This document shows positions 18,875 through 28,103 of a stretch of DNA of 59,422 bases, piece after piece. The DNA lies in assembly GCA_014879835.1 (NCBI GenBank), contig JACSRJ010000153.1:1-59422 (forward strand). Reading direction: 5' to 3'. The notes below the pieces were generated by a model that worked only from the letters and a program-made list of their open reading frames with translations, was not told where the DNA came from and did not search any database. Origin of the DNA: Anaerolinea sp. GTDB lineage: Bacteria; Chloroflexota; Anaerolineae; Aggregatilineales; UBA2796. Each line of letters opens with the position of its first letter. Position 1 is the first letter of the stretch. A program made the position numbers and the translations under genes.

Positions 18875-19699
18875 TCACTTTCCAGATGCTAAAAATGGCA
18901 TGATCTCTGCCATCATGCGCTCTGATTGATCATAGGGAATGTAGTGGTCACACGCTGGAAACTGCTTCACCAGTGCGTGTGGAATCAACCGATTCAGCCG
19001 ACGACGGGTAGCGCCGGGGTGGAAAAAAAAGTCTGTCGTCCCGATCAAGGCTAAAGTTGGCGCACTCACCCGGCGCATTTCTGACGCGGGCAGCACCGTC
19101 GGGATGATTGAGGTCATCAGGGTACGCTGGCGATAACAATCCAACATCAGCCCGATCACCTCCTGATCTAGGTCCCGGTGGGCCATTTTGCGGATCATGT
19201 GCAGGTAGCCCGGTTCCCCTCGCCACAGTACCGGGAGCATATAACGCACAAAGTTCCGTTTTTGCACCCGTACCACACCCGCAGGTGCAAGCAGCACCAA
19301 CTTTTTCACCCGTTCTGGGTGATAACTGGCAAACTTGAGGGCCACCCACCCTCCCAACGAAATCCCGATGAGGTGGATGGGCTGAGCGCTTAAGGCATGA
19401 ACCACATCACACAGCCAATCCCCGATGGCACCTTTACGGATGGACGGGCGCACCCGTTCACTTTTGCCCGGTTGGCCGGGAATTTCCACTGCAAAGACCC
19501 GGTAATGTTGGCTGAACGCCTCCACCTGAAGCCCCCAACTAAGGGCATTGGTGCCTGAACCATGAATTAAAAACAGCGGAGGCGCGTCCACCGGGCCGCT
19601 GATCAGCACATGGGTTGACCCGGCCCGTGTGGGCACAAAACATGACTCGAAGGGAGTCGGATAACGCGCTAAGAGGGCATCGTAATAAGGTGAGTCCAT
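18875..19699 (-). CDS. alpha/beta hydrolase
   Basis: GISLGG nucleophile elbow and HG oxyanion motif. Lies 10 nt downstream of the PfaD-like gene. Confidence 0.75.
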   Translation of the reverse strand: MDSPYYDALLARYPTPFESCFVPTRAGSTHVLISGPVDAPPLFLIHGSGTNALSWGLQVEAFSQHYRVFAVEIPGQPGKSERVRPSIRKGAIGDWLCDVVHALSAQPIHLIGISLGGWVALKFASYHPERVKKLVLLAPAGVVRVQKRNFVRYMLPVLWRGEPGYLHMIRKMAHRDLDQEVIGLMLDCYRQRTLMTSIIPTVLPASEMRRVSAPTLALIGTTDFFFHPGATRRRLNRLIPHALVKQFPACDHYIPYDQSERMMAEIMPFLASGK

Positions 19700-19759
19700 G
19701 CCTGCTTTCCTGAACGGGAGGATTATACCAGATCAGGCGCATGGCTCCATCCCTCTGCC

Positions 19760-21964
19760 TTAATCCAAGATCAGGGGCTGATCCAGTTGTACCGTGTCAC
19801 CGCCGCCCTCTACAGGCAGACGCGAAAAATCGTGCAGGCGGTATAGTCCAAGCCTCAAACGGTAGGTGCCGGAAGGCAGTCCCCGCAGATCAAGGCGGTA
19901 GGTATCCTCAAAGGGCACCCCAACGGCCCATGCGGAGGTAGGGTAAATGCCGCCCAACGGCGCGGAGTCACCTTGCCGCGCTGGTTTTTCATCCCCCTCC
20001 GGGATCAGATGCACCAGCACATTAAAATCTTCGTACACCGACGTAAGCGCCTCCCACTGCACTTTTAGTTCAAGGCGCGAGTCCTCACGGTGCAAACTGT
20101 AGCCGTTCATTCGCAGTGCCCCGCTGAACAGGGCGCTTTGAGGATTCGAGGGTGCTGGTGGGGCGGGATTCACGATGGTGCCCCCATGCACGATCAGCGT
20201 GGTAAGGGGTCGTCCTTCAACGTCCACAGGGACGATCCGCTTTTCAGGGCTGCCCTGCCAAAAACCCACCTCGATCCGACCCTGCATCGGGGTGGATACA
20301 GGTGCAGTGATCGGGATCAGATAGTGGTCAGCATAGATCAGCCCCGGTTCAAAGGCGGAAGTGGGCAGATCGCCCCCGCCGGGGTAGGTGTCGAGGGTTC
20401 CCGCTGCCTTACCAACCGGATCAAGGACGGTCAGGAACAGGCTCAGATCAGGGCTGTTTTGGGTGCCATCCCCTGTACTGCGCAGAAACACGGTTACTGA
20501 TAAGGACTCGCCGAGGCGAATAGGCGCAGAGTCAATGAGGTAACCCACAACCTCTATCGACCCGAAATGAACCTGTGTCCGAACCGCCTCTAGGGGCAGA
20601 TCTGCCACGGTGGGGGGAGGAGCATAAGCCGGCGCAATCACCCCCAACGGGGTAGTGAGGGTCACCCAAAATAAGGGCAGAACTGGGACAGCACCGATCA
20701 AAGGCCGCCAGCCTGTCCAGCGCGCCCCTCGCGGGATGAGCGCCCACCATCCAGATACTATCAGGGCTGCGACAGCGCCCATAGCCGGGAACAAAAGCCG
20801 TCCCTGCGTGCCGGGTGTTTGCCGGGTCCAGTTGATCAAGGCCCCAAAGGTGATGACCAGATGCAGCGCTAGAATCCCAATGGGTTGCAGCCCCTCAAAT
20901 TTCTTTTCCCGCCACAAACGGATCAGTCCTCCCACGCCACCGATCAAGGAAAGCATGGTCAAGGCATCCATGAGCGGGTAGAGCCATTGGGGGGCGATCA
21001 CGTTAAACCAGCCAAACAGCCCCCAGAAGCTGATTCGCAGCCCTTCCATTTCATTCAGCATTACGCTCAAGGTGTAAGGGTGGAGGCGCGGCTGAATAAT
21101 GGCAATCATCAGGTTGGTGCCTGTCCAGTCTCCGTAAAGCAGACGGTTACGCACAAACCACCAGCCCGCAATCAAAGCCCAAGCGCCGATCCATATGACT
21201 CCTAAACGGATGCCCGCTGTAAGGGGGATGCGCCGCTTCCAGAGCAGGATCACAAGGGCCACAAAAGCAGTGGGGTACAAGATCAACCCGCTGAGTTTGC
21301 TGAGCGCAGCCAAAGCCATCACCAGCGCGAGGATCAACCCCTCACGCCGTGTTGGGGTTCGCATCCAGCGCAGAATCAGCCACAGACCAAGGGTTGAAAG
21401 GGCCGTCACCAGATTGTCATTGTTGACACTTGCGGTCATGAACACAAACTGCGGGTTAAAGGCCACAAAGGCCACCATCAGCAGCCCAATTGAGGGCGTC
21501 TGGGGGAAGGACTCCCGTGCTGTACCGATAATCCCTATCAAGGTGATCAGCCCCAACACGATGCTTAGGGCACGAGTCAGATAAAAGGCGCGGCTGAGCG
21601 GTGTAGGGATTTGGGTGCCTGCTCCCCGGTGCAGGTAAGCGTTCTGGTTGTGCTGCGCCAGCCCGATCCCAATGGCCGCGTGAGGGTTTGAGGGCAGTTC
21701 GAGGATCGGCTGCGCCCCCCCACTCAGCCGGACGATCAAGGACGCAAGGTAATAATACAGGGGTGGCTGGCTGCCTTCCTGAAACCACGGGGTGATCTGG
21801 CTTGTATCCTGAACAGGCAGCCGAAAATCTTGGGCCAAACGCTGCACCATCGCAAAGTGATAACTCTCGTCCGGGGCTTCAAAGATGGGGGTAAGAGCGG
21901 CATAGGCACCTGCCAGCAGGGTATACCCCACAAGGATGAGTGAGATTAGGGTACGCGGCTTCAT
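19760..21964 (-). CDS. GT-C fold membrane glycosyltransferase (family 39 / ArnT-PMT-like) with a C-terminal extracytoplasmic domain
   Basis: Many TM helices. First-loop DE motif (EAPDESYHF). Start chosen at Met11. Confidence 0.6.
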   Translation of the reverse strand: MKPRTLISLILVGYTLLAGAYAALTPIFEAPDESYHFAMVQRLAQDFRLPVQDTSQITPWFQEGSQPPLYYYLASLIVRLSGGAQPILELPSNPHAAIGIGLAQHNQNAYLHRGAGTQIPTPLSRAFYLTRALSIVLGLITLIGIIGTARESFPQTPSIGLLMVAFVAFNPQFVFMTASVNNDNLVTALSTLGLWLILRWMRTPTRREGLILALVMALAALSKLSGLILYPTAFVALVILLWKRRIPLTAGIRLGVIWIGAWALIAGWWFVRNRLLYGDWTGTNLMIAIIQPRLHPYTLSVMLNEMEGLRISFWGLFGWFNVIAPQWLYPLMDALTMLSLIGGVGGLIRLWREKKFEGLQPIGILALHLVITFGALINWTRQTPGTQGRLLFPAMGAVAALIVSGWWALIPRGARWTGWRPLIGAVPVLPLFWVTLTTPLGVIAPAYAPPPTVADLPLEAVRTQVHFGSIEVVGYLIDSAPIRLGESLSVTVFLRSTGDGTQNSPDLSLFLTVLDPVGKAAGTLDTYPGGGDLPTSAFEPGLIYADHYLIPITAPVSTPMQGRIEVGFWQGSPEKRIVPVDVEGRPLTTLIVHGGTIVNPAPPAPSNPQSALFSGALRMNGYSLHREDSRLELKVQWEALTSVYEDFNVLVHLIPEGDEKPARQGDSAPLGGIYPTSAWAVGVPFEDTYRLDLRGLPSGTYRLRLGLYRLHDFSRLPVEGGGDTVQLDQPLILD

Positions 21965-22071
21965 GGGCAGCAGTGTACCCCAGAAAGCGGACAAAAGACC
22001 AGAGGGGGACAGGTACGGTCAAGATTGCCTATTCACAGCCCCTATGTGCTCTGCTATACTTCTTTTTTGTT

Positions 22072-22527
22072 ATGGATGATGCTGAATGGATGCGCCTCGC
22101 GCTCAAAGAAGCAGCCCTCGCGCCCCTTCATGAGGATGTGCCCATTGGGGCTGTGGCGGTGCTGAGAGGCGAGGTAATCGGGCGGGGTCATAACCGCCGT
22201 GAGATCGACCGCGATCCCTGCGCTCATGCAGAGATCATCGCGCTCCGGCAGGCGGCCCGCACGATCCATCATTGGCGGCTTGACGAGGTCACCCTCTACT
22301 GCACTTTAGAACCGTGCGCCATGTGCGCCGGGGCAATGGTTTTAGCCAGACTGCCTCGGTTGGTCTATGGGGCGGACGATCCTAAAGCGGGTGCCGGGGG
22401 CAGCGTCTTAGATCTGCTGAACCATCCCCGGTTGAATCATCGGGTGAAGGTTGAGAAAGGGTTGATGGCCACTGATGCGGCCGCCCTGCTGGTTGGCTTT
22501 TTTGCCAAACTGCGCCAGCGTGATTGA
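22072..22527 (+). CDS. tadA: tRNA adenosine(34) deaminase
   Basis: HAE and PCAMCAGA zinc-binding motifs. Collinear with E. coli TadA. Start at the internal ATG of the longer ORF. Confidence 0.85.
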   Translation: MDDAEWMRLALKEAALAPLHEDVPIGAVAVLRGEVIGRGHNRREIDRDPCAHAEIIALRQAARTIHHWRLDEVTLYCTLEPCAMCAGAMVLARLPRLVYGADDPKAGAGGSVLDLLNHPRLNHRVKVEKGLMATDAAALLVGFFAKLRQRD

Positions 22528-22565
22528 GTTCATCAGCAGCATTGGGTAACCATGTGGATCGTATT

Positions 22566-22651
22566 GGAGGGGTGCCGGAGAGGCTGATCGGGGCGCTCTC
22601 GAAAAGCGTTGTGCAGCAATGCACCGTGGGTTCGAATCCCACCCCCTCCGC
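22566..22651 (+). tRNA. tRNA-Ser (anticodon CGA)
   Basis: Cloverleaf with GGAGGGG acceptor stem, anticodon loop CTCGAAA, long variable arm and GGTTCGAATCC T-loop. Confidence 0.8.
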
Positions 22652-22708
22652 TGAACCAGTCCATAGACCGTTTAACTATCCTGTACAGCAACTGTCGGAG
22701 ATCAAACT

Positions 22709-22975
22709 TTGGCGAATCACAAGTCAGCAATTAAACGTATTTGGGTCAATGAGCGCCGCCGCAAGCGGAACCGGGTGATCATCAGCCAAACTCGGACTGA
22801 AGTCCGCAAGGCCCGTGAGTTGATCGCGCAGAAGGATCAATCGGCAAAGGAAGCGACTCTGGAAGCGATTCGACTTCTGGATAAGGCCGCGAGCAAGGGC
22901 GTCATCCACAAGAACAACGCTGCCCGCCGCAAGAGCCGCTTGGTGAAGCGTCTGCAGGAACTCAGCGCCCAGTAA
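22709..22975 (+). CDS. rpsT: 30S ribosomal protein S20 (TTG start)
   Basis: MANHKSAIKRI N-terminus characteristic of S20. Confidence 0.9.
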   Translation: MANHKSAIKRIWVNERRRKRNRVIISQTRTEVRKARELIAQKDQSAKEATLEAIRLLDKAASKGVIHKNNAARRKSRLVKRLQELSAQ

Positions 22976-23008
22976 GGGCGATCCGAGTCCCCTATGAAAA
23001 GCCTTTGA

Positions 23009-23039
23009 GCAGCCCACAGTGATTGAGGGCTGCTTTTTT
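23009..23039. terminator. Rho-independent terminator between convergent genes
   Basis: GCAGCCC-acagtgattga-GGGCTGC followed by TTTTTT. Confidence 0.55.
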
Positions 23040-23042
23040 GGT

Positions 23043-24056
23043 TTATGAATGTACCCGCACCACCCGGTGCAGATACCCCTCCGTATCCACGATCACCAGA
23101 GTCGATTTGGCCCAAACGATGAAGAATGGACGCACCTTTGGTAAGGTGAGATCGTGCAGTTCTTCCCCTGTGATGGTAAAGGTGTCAATGGTGGTTTGAT
23201 CGGTCTCCATATCTACCAGATGGGTGATTGCCGTGAGCAGCGGCTCATCCTCATCCTCGTACCATGTGAACATCGAGGCTGTTGGCAGGTGCATCTGGGT
23301 GGTGATCTGTCCCGTTGCCACTTCCCATATCAGGCTGTAACCGCGCACATCCCCCTGATCAAGGTTAACGCTCAGATAGGCATCATCCCCACTCCACGCC
23401 AGCAGCACCACCGGATAGGGCAGGTTGGGGGCTGCTGATAAGGTCTGAACGATCTGCCCCTCGAGGGTCATGATGGAGATCAGCCCTGACGAATCTTTTT
23501 GACCGAAGGCGATCTGCCCCTGCGAAGAAACCGCCAGTGCTGAAATGGGGTTCTCCGCTTTGAGCAAAAGCTGAGGTGCAGTTTCCGCCAGATCAACGAT
23601 CCACAACGTCCCATCCCAAAGCCCAACAATGAGTATTTCGCCTTCGGGATACCACGCCATGTTAGAAAGCTGATCATCCAGTTCGACGGTGCGCAGATGC
23701 TCACCGGTTTCGGGATTCCACAGTGCCACCGATTGGCGATCCCCCACGGCCAGTAGGGCAAGGCTCGGATGCCAGTCGATCAGCCCATTACCCCACGCCT
23801 GTGCCCGCACTGGTGTAGCCAACTCACGGAGAAGCGCGCCAGTCTCCAGCGTTCTGATCTCAATCTTGTCCGCGTACCCCAGTGCGATCTGGTCACTGTC
23901 GGGGTTGATGTCGATACCCCTGACCATACCCACAAAAAAGCCCGCTTCTGGGTCTTGTGCCCGCACTTGGGATACTGGGAGCGCTCCCGATAGGATCAGC
24001 ACCAACCCCATTATCCCAAGAACAACCCGCTGAAATTTACCTACTAGACGTATCAT
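23043..24056 (-). CDS. secreted beta-propeller (WD40-like) protein
   Basis: Signal peptide. Repeated W/G-rich blade-like segments. Lies 17 nt downstream of the WXG100-toxin gene. Confidence 0.55.
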   Translation of the reverse strand: MIRLVGKFQRVVLGIMGLVLILSGALPVSQVRAQDPEAGFFVGMVRGIDINPDSDQIALGYADKIEIRTLETGALLRELATPVRAQAWGNGLIDWHPSLALLAVGDRQSVALWNPETGEHLRTVELDDQLSNMAWYPEGEILIVGLWDGTLWIVDLAETAPQLLLKAENPISALAVSSQGQIAFGQKDSSGLISIMTLEGQIVQTLSAAPNLPYPVVLLAWSGDDAYLSVNLDQGDVRGYSLIWEVATGQITTQMHLPTASMFTWYEDEDEPLLTAITHLVDMETDQTTIDTFTITGEELHDLTLPKVRPFFIVWAKSTLVIVDTEGYLHRVVRVHS

Positions 24057-24073
24057 GGTTGATCGCTGCCTTT

Positions 24074-25588
24074 TTATCGTCCGGGGTTAGGCTGAAAGCC
24101 GAGGGCTTCGCGCACGGCCGCATCGTAGGAATCCGTCACCCGGAAATTCTCTGCGCCATCGGGATAGTTGTCCTCAAAGACGGTGCCAATAATGTCATCA
24201 AACTGCCCAGCGCGCACCCGTCCCGCCGCGCTGTCCGGGAAGCCCCCAAGCAGCCCATTGGTGATCAAATCGGTGACCGGCTCATCACCGTTGTTACTGC
24301 TGCGAGGGTTATAGCTGTAACCAGTGGTATCAGTCGTGGTCAGGTCGATACCCCCCTCACCCGCGCCCGATGCATTGGTGAAATCCGTGGCCAAACCCGG
24401 GGTACGGCCCACAATCAGGTGGGAAATTTCATGCGCTAGAAGCGAATCAGAGGTGAAAGTACCCCCGACGCTGCGGTTATTCTGAGTGTTTTCAAAAAAC
24501 GCCCGATCCCCAAAAGTGAGGTTTCCATTGGGATAATCGGCCCGCCCATACCAGTAGGATTCGCGCCACTCGGTAGCCCCTTCGGGCAAGGGTTGGCGTA
24601 TGTCGTAGGTGTGTCGGTCGCCATTCGCGTCCGCGTAGCTGTACCAGACCACAGGCTCACCACCCACATCACGGCCCGCCGGGTCAATGGTGCCCTCCGG
24701 ATAGTACTGTACGTCGTTCCCGTTCATGATGTAATTGGTGTTGTCGTTACCATCACGGCGTAAGTTCACATCTCGATCTTCGAGGGCCAAGAGCAGAGGC
24801 GCATAACCTGCCTTATCCGCCGGCAGTTGATAGTAGGCCGCAAGGCGAATCAGATCGTCTTCGGTGTAGCGCTCCAGAAATTCGCTGCGGGCATTCTCGG
24901 CCATCTGGTCAACCACACCATCAATCTGACGCAGTTCTTCCAGTGACCATCCGCCCTCAACGAAGGTGCTTTGTTCAATGTTGAAGTTCAACAGATCAAG
25001 CTTGCGTAAGGTGGTAATGGCTTCCCGAAGATCAGCCGCAGTCCAAGGATTGTCCCGCAGAAGCCCATCATCCTCGCCGATATAGTTGATCAACCATGCG
25101 GCCTCCGTGGAGGTGATGCTCTCGCCAGCCGCCAGTTCGACACCCAGTTCGCGCAGGCGGTTGATCTGCTCCTCAGTGGCGGGCGGTGGAGGCTCGGCTG
25201 TGCCCTCATCTTCTGGGGCCTCTTTGGCATGTTCCTTGCCGTTACCGCCGCCACCATCAAGGGAATCGAGAAATCGTTGGAAGGCCTTAAAAAGCGCAGC
25301 GGCTTCCTCCTCCGCCGTCTGGAAAATCTGCGCGATCTGCTTAACACCATCCGCGCTAAATTGAAATGCGGCTTCGAGTTTTTCCAGTGCGGGAAAGACG
25401 CTCTCCCTCATCTCCGCGAAGAAGGTCTGCGCACCCAAACCCGTCCATGCGCCGGCTTCCAGCTCCTGAGTGCATTGGTAGACCCGGTAAGTGGCTGCGG
25501 CAGTGTGATCTGCGGCTTGTTCAAAGGCTTTGCAGATTAGCTTTAAGGCGTCGTAGTTGGCTTGTATCCTTTGCCCCATAGGATTCAT
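24074..25588 (-). CDS. WXG100-like N-terminal domain fused to a zincin-like metallopeptidase toxin domain (polymorphic toxin / putative T7SS-type effector)
   Basis: N-terminal ~100 aa helical hairpin with W-x-G (AWTGLG) resembling ESAT-6/WXG100. C-terminal HEISH (HExxH) motif. Confidence 0.65.
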   Translation of the reverse strand: MNPMGQRIQANYDALKLICKAFEQAADHTAAATYRVYQCTQELEAGAWTGLGAQTFFAEMRESVFPALEKLEAAFQFSADGVKQIAQIFQTAEEEAAALFKAFQRFLDSLDGGGGNGKEHAKEAPEDEGTAEPPPPATEEQINRLRELGVELAAGESITSTEAAWLINYIGEDDGLLRDNPWTAADLREAITTLRKLDLLNFNIEQSTFVEGGWSLEELRQIDGVVDQMAENARSEFLERYTEDDLIRLAAYYQLPADKAGYAPLLLALEDRDVNLRRDGNDNTNYIMNGNDVQYYPEGTIDPAGRDVGGEPVVWYSYADANGDRHTYDIRQPLPEGATEWRESYWYGRADYPNGNLTFGDRAFFENTQNNRSVGGTFTSDSLLAHEISHLIVGRTPGLATDFTNASGAGEGGIDLTTTDTTGYSYNPRSSNNGDEPVTDLITNGLLGGFPDSAAGRVRAGQFDDIIGTVFEDNYPDGAENFRVTDSYDAAVREALGFQPNPGR

Positions 25589-25948
25589 TCCCCTTAGTGC
25601 AGGCTTGTGAAGAACGGATTCAGCGTCTCATCTTTACCCATCGGGGGAGGGAAAAATCGAGACAAGCGTAAAATTTACCTTCTTCATATCAGATTGGCAA
25701 TGATCTCGTTTATGAACTTGAGTTCTGTCATGCATATCCCCGCCACGGGCAAGGAAGATGAGGACATAGGTTAAGGCAAATGTGATGTGTTCACTCTGCC
25801 CCGTTCAAACGCTCTCTTGTATCTCTACAAGCTATCTGCATAAAATACAGACGGTTGATATATGTGAAGCGATTTGACAAGAAACTCCACAAACTAGTTT
25901 CAGACATTATTCCTGTGCTGGGATGATGCAATTTTCATCGGAGGTCAT

Positions 25949-27436
25949 ATGATCAAGCGCACCCTCTCACATTTCAGGCTGTTCCTAGATACTCCTCGGG
26001 CTGTTGCATGGTCTTTCATTGTGGTTTTCATCGTCGTTCTGGGTGTACTTTCAACTCAGCGACACACCCTTTACAATTCAAGTGCATTTGATCTCGCATT
26101 TCACGATCATGCCTTGTGGCGCATGGCACGGGGTGATCTGCTTGCTTTTCTCAAGCCTCCTTTCACTGGTGCCGCCCATGTTGAACCGATCATGATCTTG
26201 CTTGTTCCTTTCCGGTGGCTGTTTGCCGATGTGCGCTGGTTGTTGCTTCTGCAAACTATAGCATTGGGTTTGGGAGGATGGGGAATTTACCGGATAACCT
26301 CACGAGTCTGGCCGCAAGCTCAGGCTGGAGCTCTCTTCACTGCGGTATATTTGCTGTATTTGCCCGTCGGATACATGGCGATATTCGATTTCCATCCTGT
26401 GGCATTGGCAACCCCTCTGCTCATTTTTGCGTTTGATGCCGCAGATACCCAACATTTCCGCCGTGCAACCATCTTATTGTTATTGGCTCTGATGTGCAAA
26501 GAGGAAATAGGGTTCGTTGCTGCATCCCTTGGCATATATTGGTTCTTGGTCAAGCGCTGGAAATGGGGTCTTCTCTGGGCAGTCTTTGGCTTCCTGTGGG
26601 CCGCCTTATCCTATTTCGTGATATTGCCCGGAGGGCTTAACTTAGATGCGGTTGGCACTCACAGTTACTATAGCTGGCTATTTCAGGGGGATATCCAGTC
26701 CCGAATCGATTTCTTCATTAGAATGAATCAGTTTTACTGGGACTATAAAGTACAGTGGATGACTGCAATGTTTGCTCCTCTACTTCTGCTTCCCTTTTTG
26801 AAGCCCGCTATTTTTCTGATTGCTGTCCCCACGATACTTCTTCACGCACTTTCCGCCTATCCTCTACAACTAGTGGTAGAACATCAATATATGGCCGCAG
26901 TAGTTCCCTTTACACTGATTGCCGCTGTGCATGGTGGATATCGGGCTTGGACATGGTTAAAGAAACATGTATCTAAGAATCGGCAAGTGCGTTTCCTGCG
27001 TATTGGTGCGTTTGCCATGCTTGCGATCTCGGTGAGTGTATATGTCACCAAGGGACCTCACATCTCCCAGCCTTTACAGAGCGGTGCTAACCTAAATGGG
27101 TTGGCAGCAGCCATGTCCCGAATTGATCCCGCTGGCTGTCTGATCACTGCTACAAACATCGCCCCTCATTACACGAAGATCGAGAAACTCTATCTCTTTA
27201 ATCAGGCAGGGGTTCAATGCGATATTGCCTTAGCTGACATGGGTGATGATCGCTACCCGCAGTTTGAAACCACCGGGCCTCAAGCAGCATGTCAACTTTT
27301 CGAGCAACAAAACTACCACCCAATATTCCTCCAAGATCAGGTTGTGATCTTACAACATGCTGGTGTTTTGCATGAAGGCCTGATCTCAGAAATGACTATG
27401 CTGTGCAAGCCTTATTCAGCAAAAGATAAGCGCTGA
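25949..27436 (+). CDS. DUF2079-like polytopic membrane protein (GT-C-like), low-GC gene
   Basis: About 12 TM helices. GC and codon usage are visibly lower than the surrounding genes. Confidence 0.6.
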   Translation: MIKRTLSHFRLFLDTPRAVAWSFIVVFIVVLGVLSTQRHTLYNSSAFDLAFHDHALWRMARGDLLAFLKPPFTGAAHVEPIMILLVPFRWLFADVRWLLLLQTIALGLGGWGIYRITSRVWPQAQAGALFTAVYLLYLPVGYMAIFDFHPVALATPLLIFAFDAADTQHFRRATILLLLALMCKEEIGFVAASLGIYWFLVKRWKWGLLWAVFGFLWAALSYFVILPGGLNLDAVGTHSYYSWLFQGDIQSRIDFFIRMNQFYWDYKVQWMTAMFAPLLLLPFLKPAIFLIAVPTILLHALSAYPLQLVVEHQYMAAVVPFTLIAAVHGGYRAWTWLKKHVSKNRQVRFLRIGAFAMLAISVSVYVTKGPHISQPLQSGANLNGLAAAMSRIDPAGCLITATNIAPHYTKIEKLYLFNQAGVQCDIALADMGDDRYPQFETTGPQAACQLFEQQNYHPIFLQDQVVILQHAGVLHEGLISEMTMLCKPYSAKDKR

Positions 27437-27644
27437 TGTGCGTTAGACTGGCTACTTATCGCCGTCTCCCGTTGTCAATTAGAAAGAGGAGCCAGATAAT
27501 GAGTTTATCTGCTCTATATATCAGACTCTCCCCGCCTTCGATCTTCTAGCAATTGGCATGGGGAGCGGCTATAATCAAAGAGTTCGTGATGTAAGATACA
27601 ATCACGCTCCACACTTAACCCAACACACCAGAGGGATAGTTCAC

Positions 27645-28055
27645 GTGAAACGCATTGTACCCTTATTAATCATTGCCGTGATCGGGGTGATCGTCCTAGT
27701 GACGCTCTCTACGGGGCAGGTTCCGGGCACCCGCCCCCAGACCAATAACCCCGAGGCTTCGACCCTGTATGCGACATCACAACAGGGGCTGCTTTTTTTT
27801 GTAATTGCGGGGGGACTCATCAGCGCTGTGATCGGCAATGCGGTTTTGGCTGCGCTGATCATGTGGGTACTTAACTGGCGGATCAAGCGGGCCAAAGAAC
27901 GCACAAGTTCGCCCTTCTCATTTTCCCTGAATCCCGCTAAACCCAATAGTCTGGGCGCGGTGATGGCCACACATCCCATGATCACAGTAGGGTTTGTGGT
28001 GGTACTCATCGCAGGTTTGGCACTGGTGTTGGTCGTCACTGGCGCTATCCGTTAG
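27645..28055 (+). CDS. small membrane protein (GTG start)
   Basis: Three hydrophobic helices. GAGGGA RBS 8 nt before the GTG. Confidence 0.4.
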   Translation: MKRIVPLLIIAVIGVIVLVTLSTGQVPGTRPQTNNPEASTLYATSQQGLLFFVIAGGLISAVIGNAVLAALIMWVLNWRIKRAKERTSSPFSFSLNPAKPNSLGAVMATHPMITVGFVVVLIAGLALVLVVTGAIR

Positions 28056-28103
28056 GGTCTGGTCTTTTTGAAAAAGCAGCAGCCATAAAAAGGTTAAACG
28101 GAA

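Noticed and set aside
20090-21584. Multiple 100-136-aa plus-strand ORFs
   Set aside because: They lie antisense to the 744-aa GT-C membrane protein gene.
22382-22778. Three ORFs (86, 84, 65 aa)
   Set aside because: They overlap the tRNA-Ser gene and the rpsT start and are spurious.
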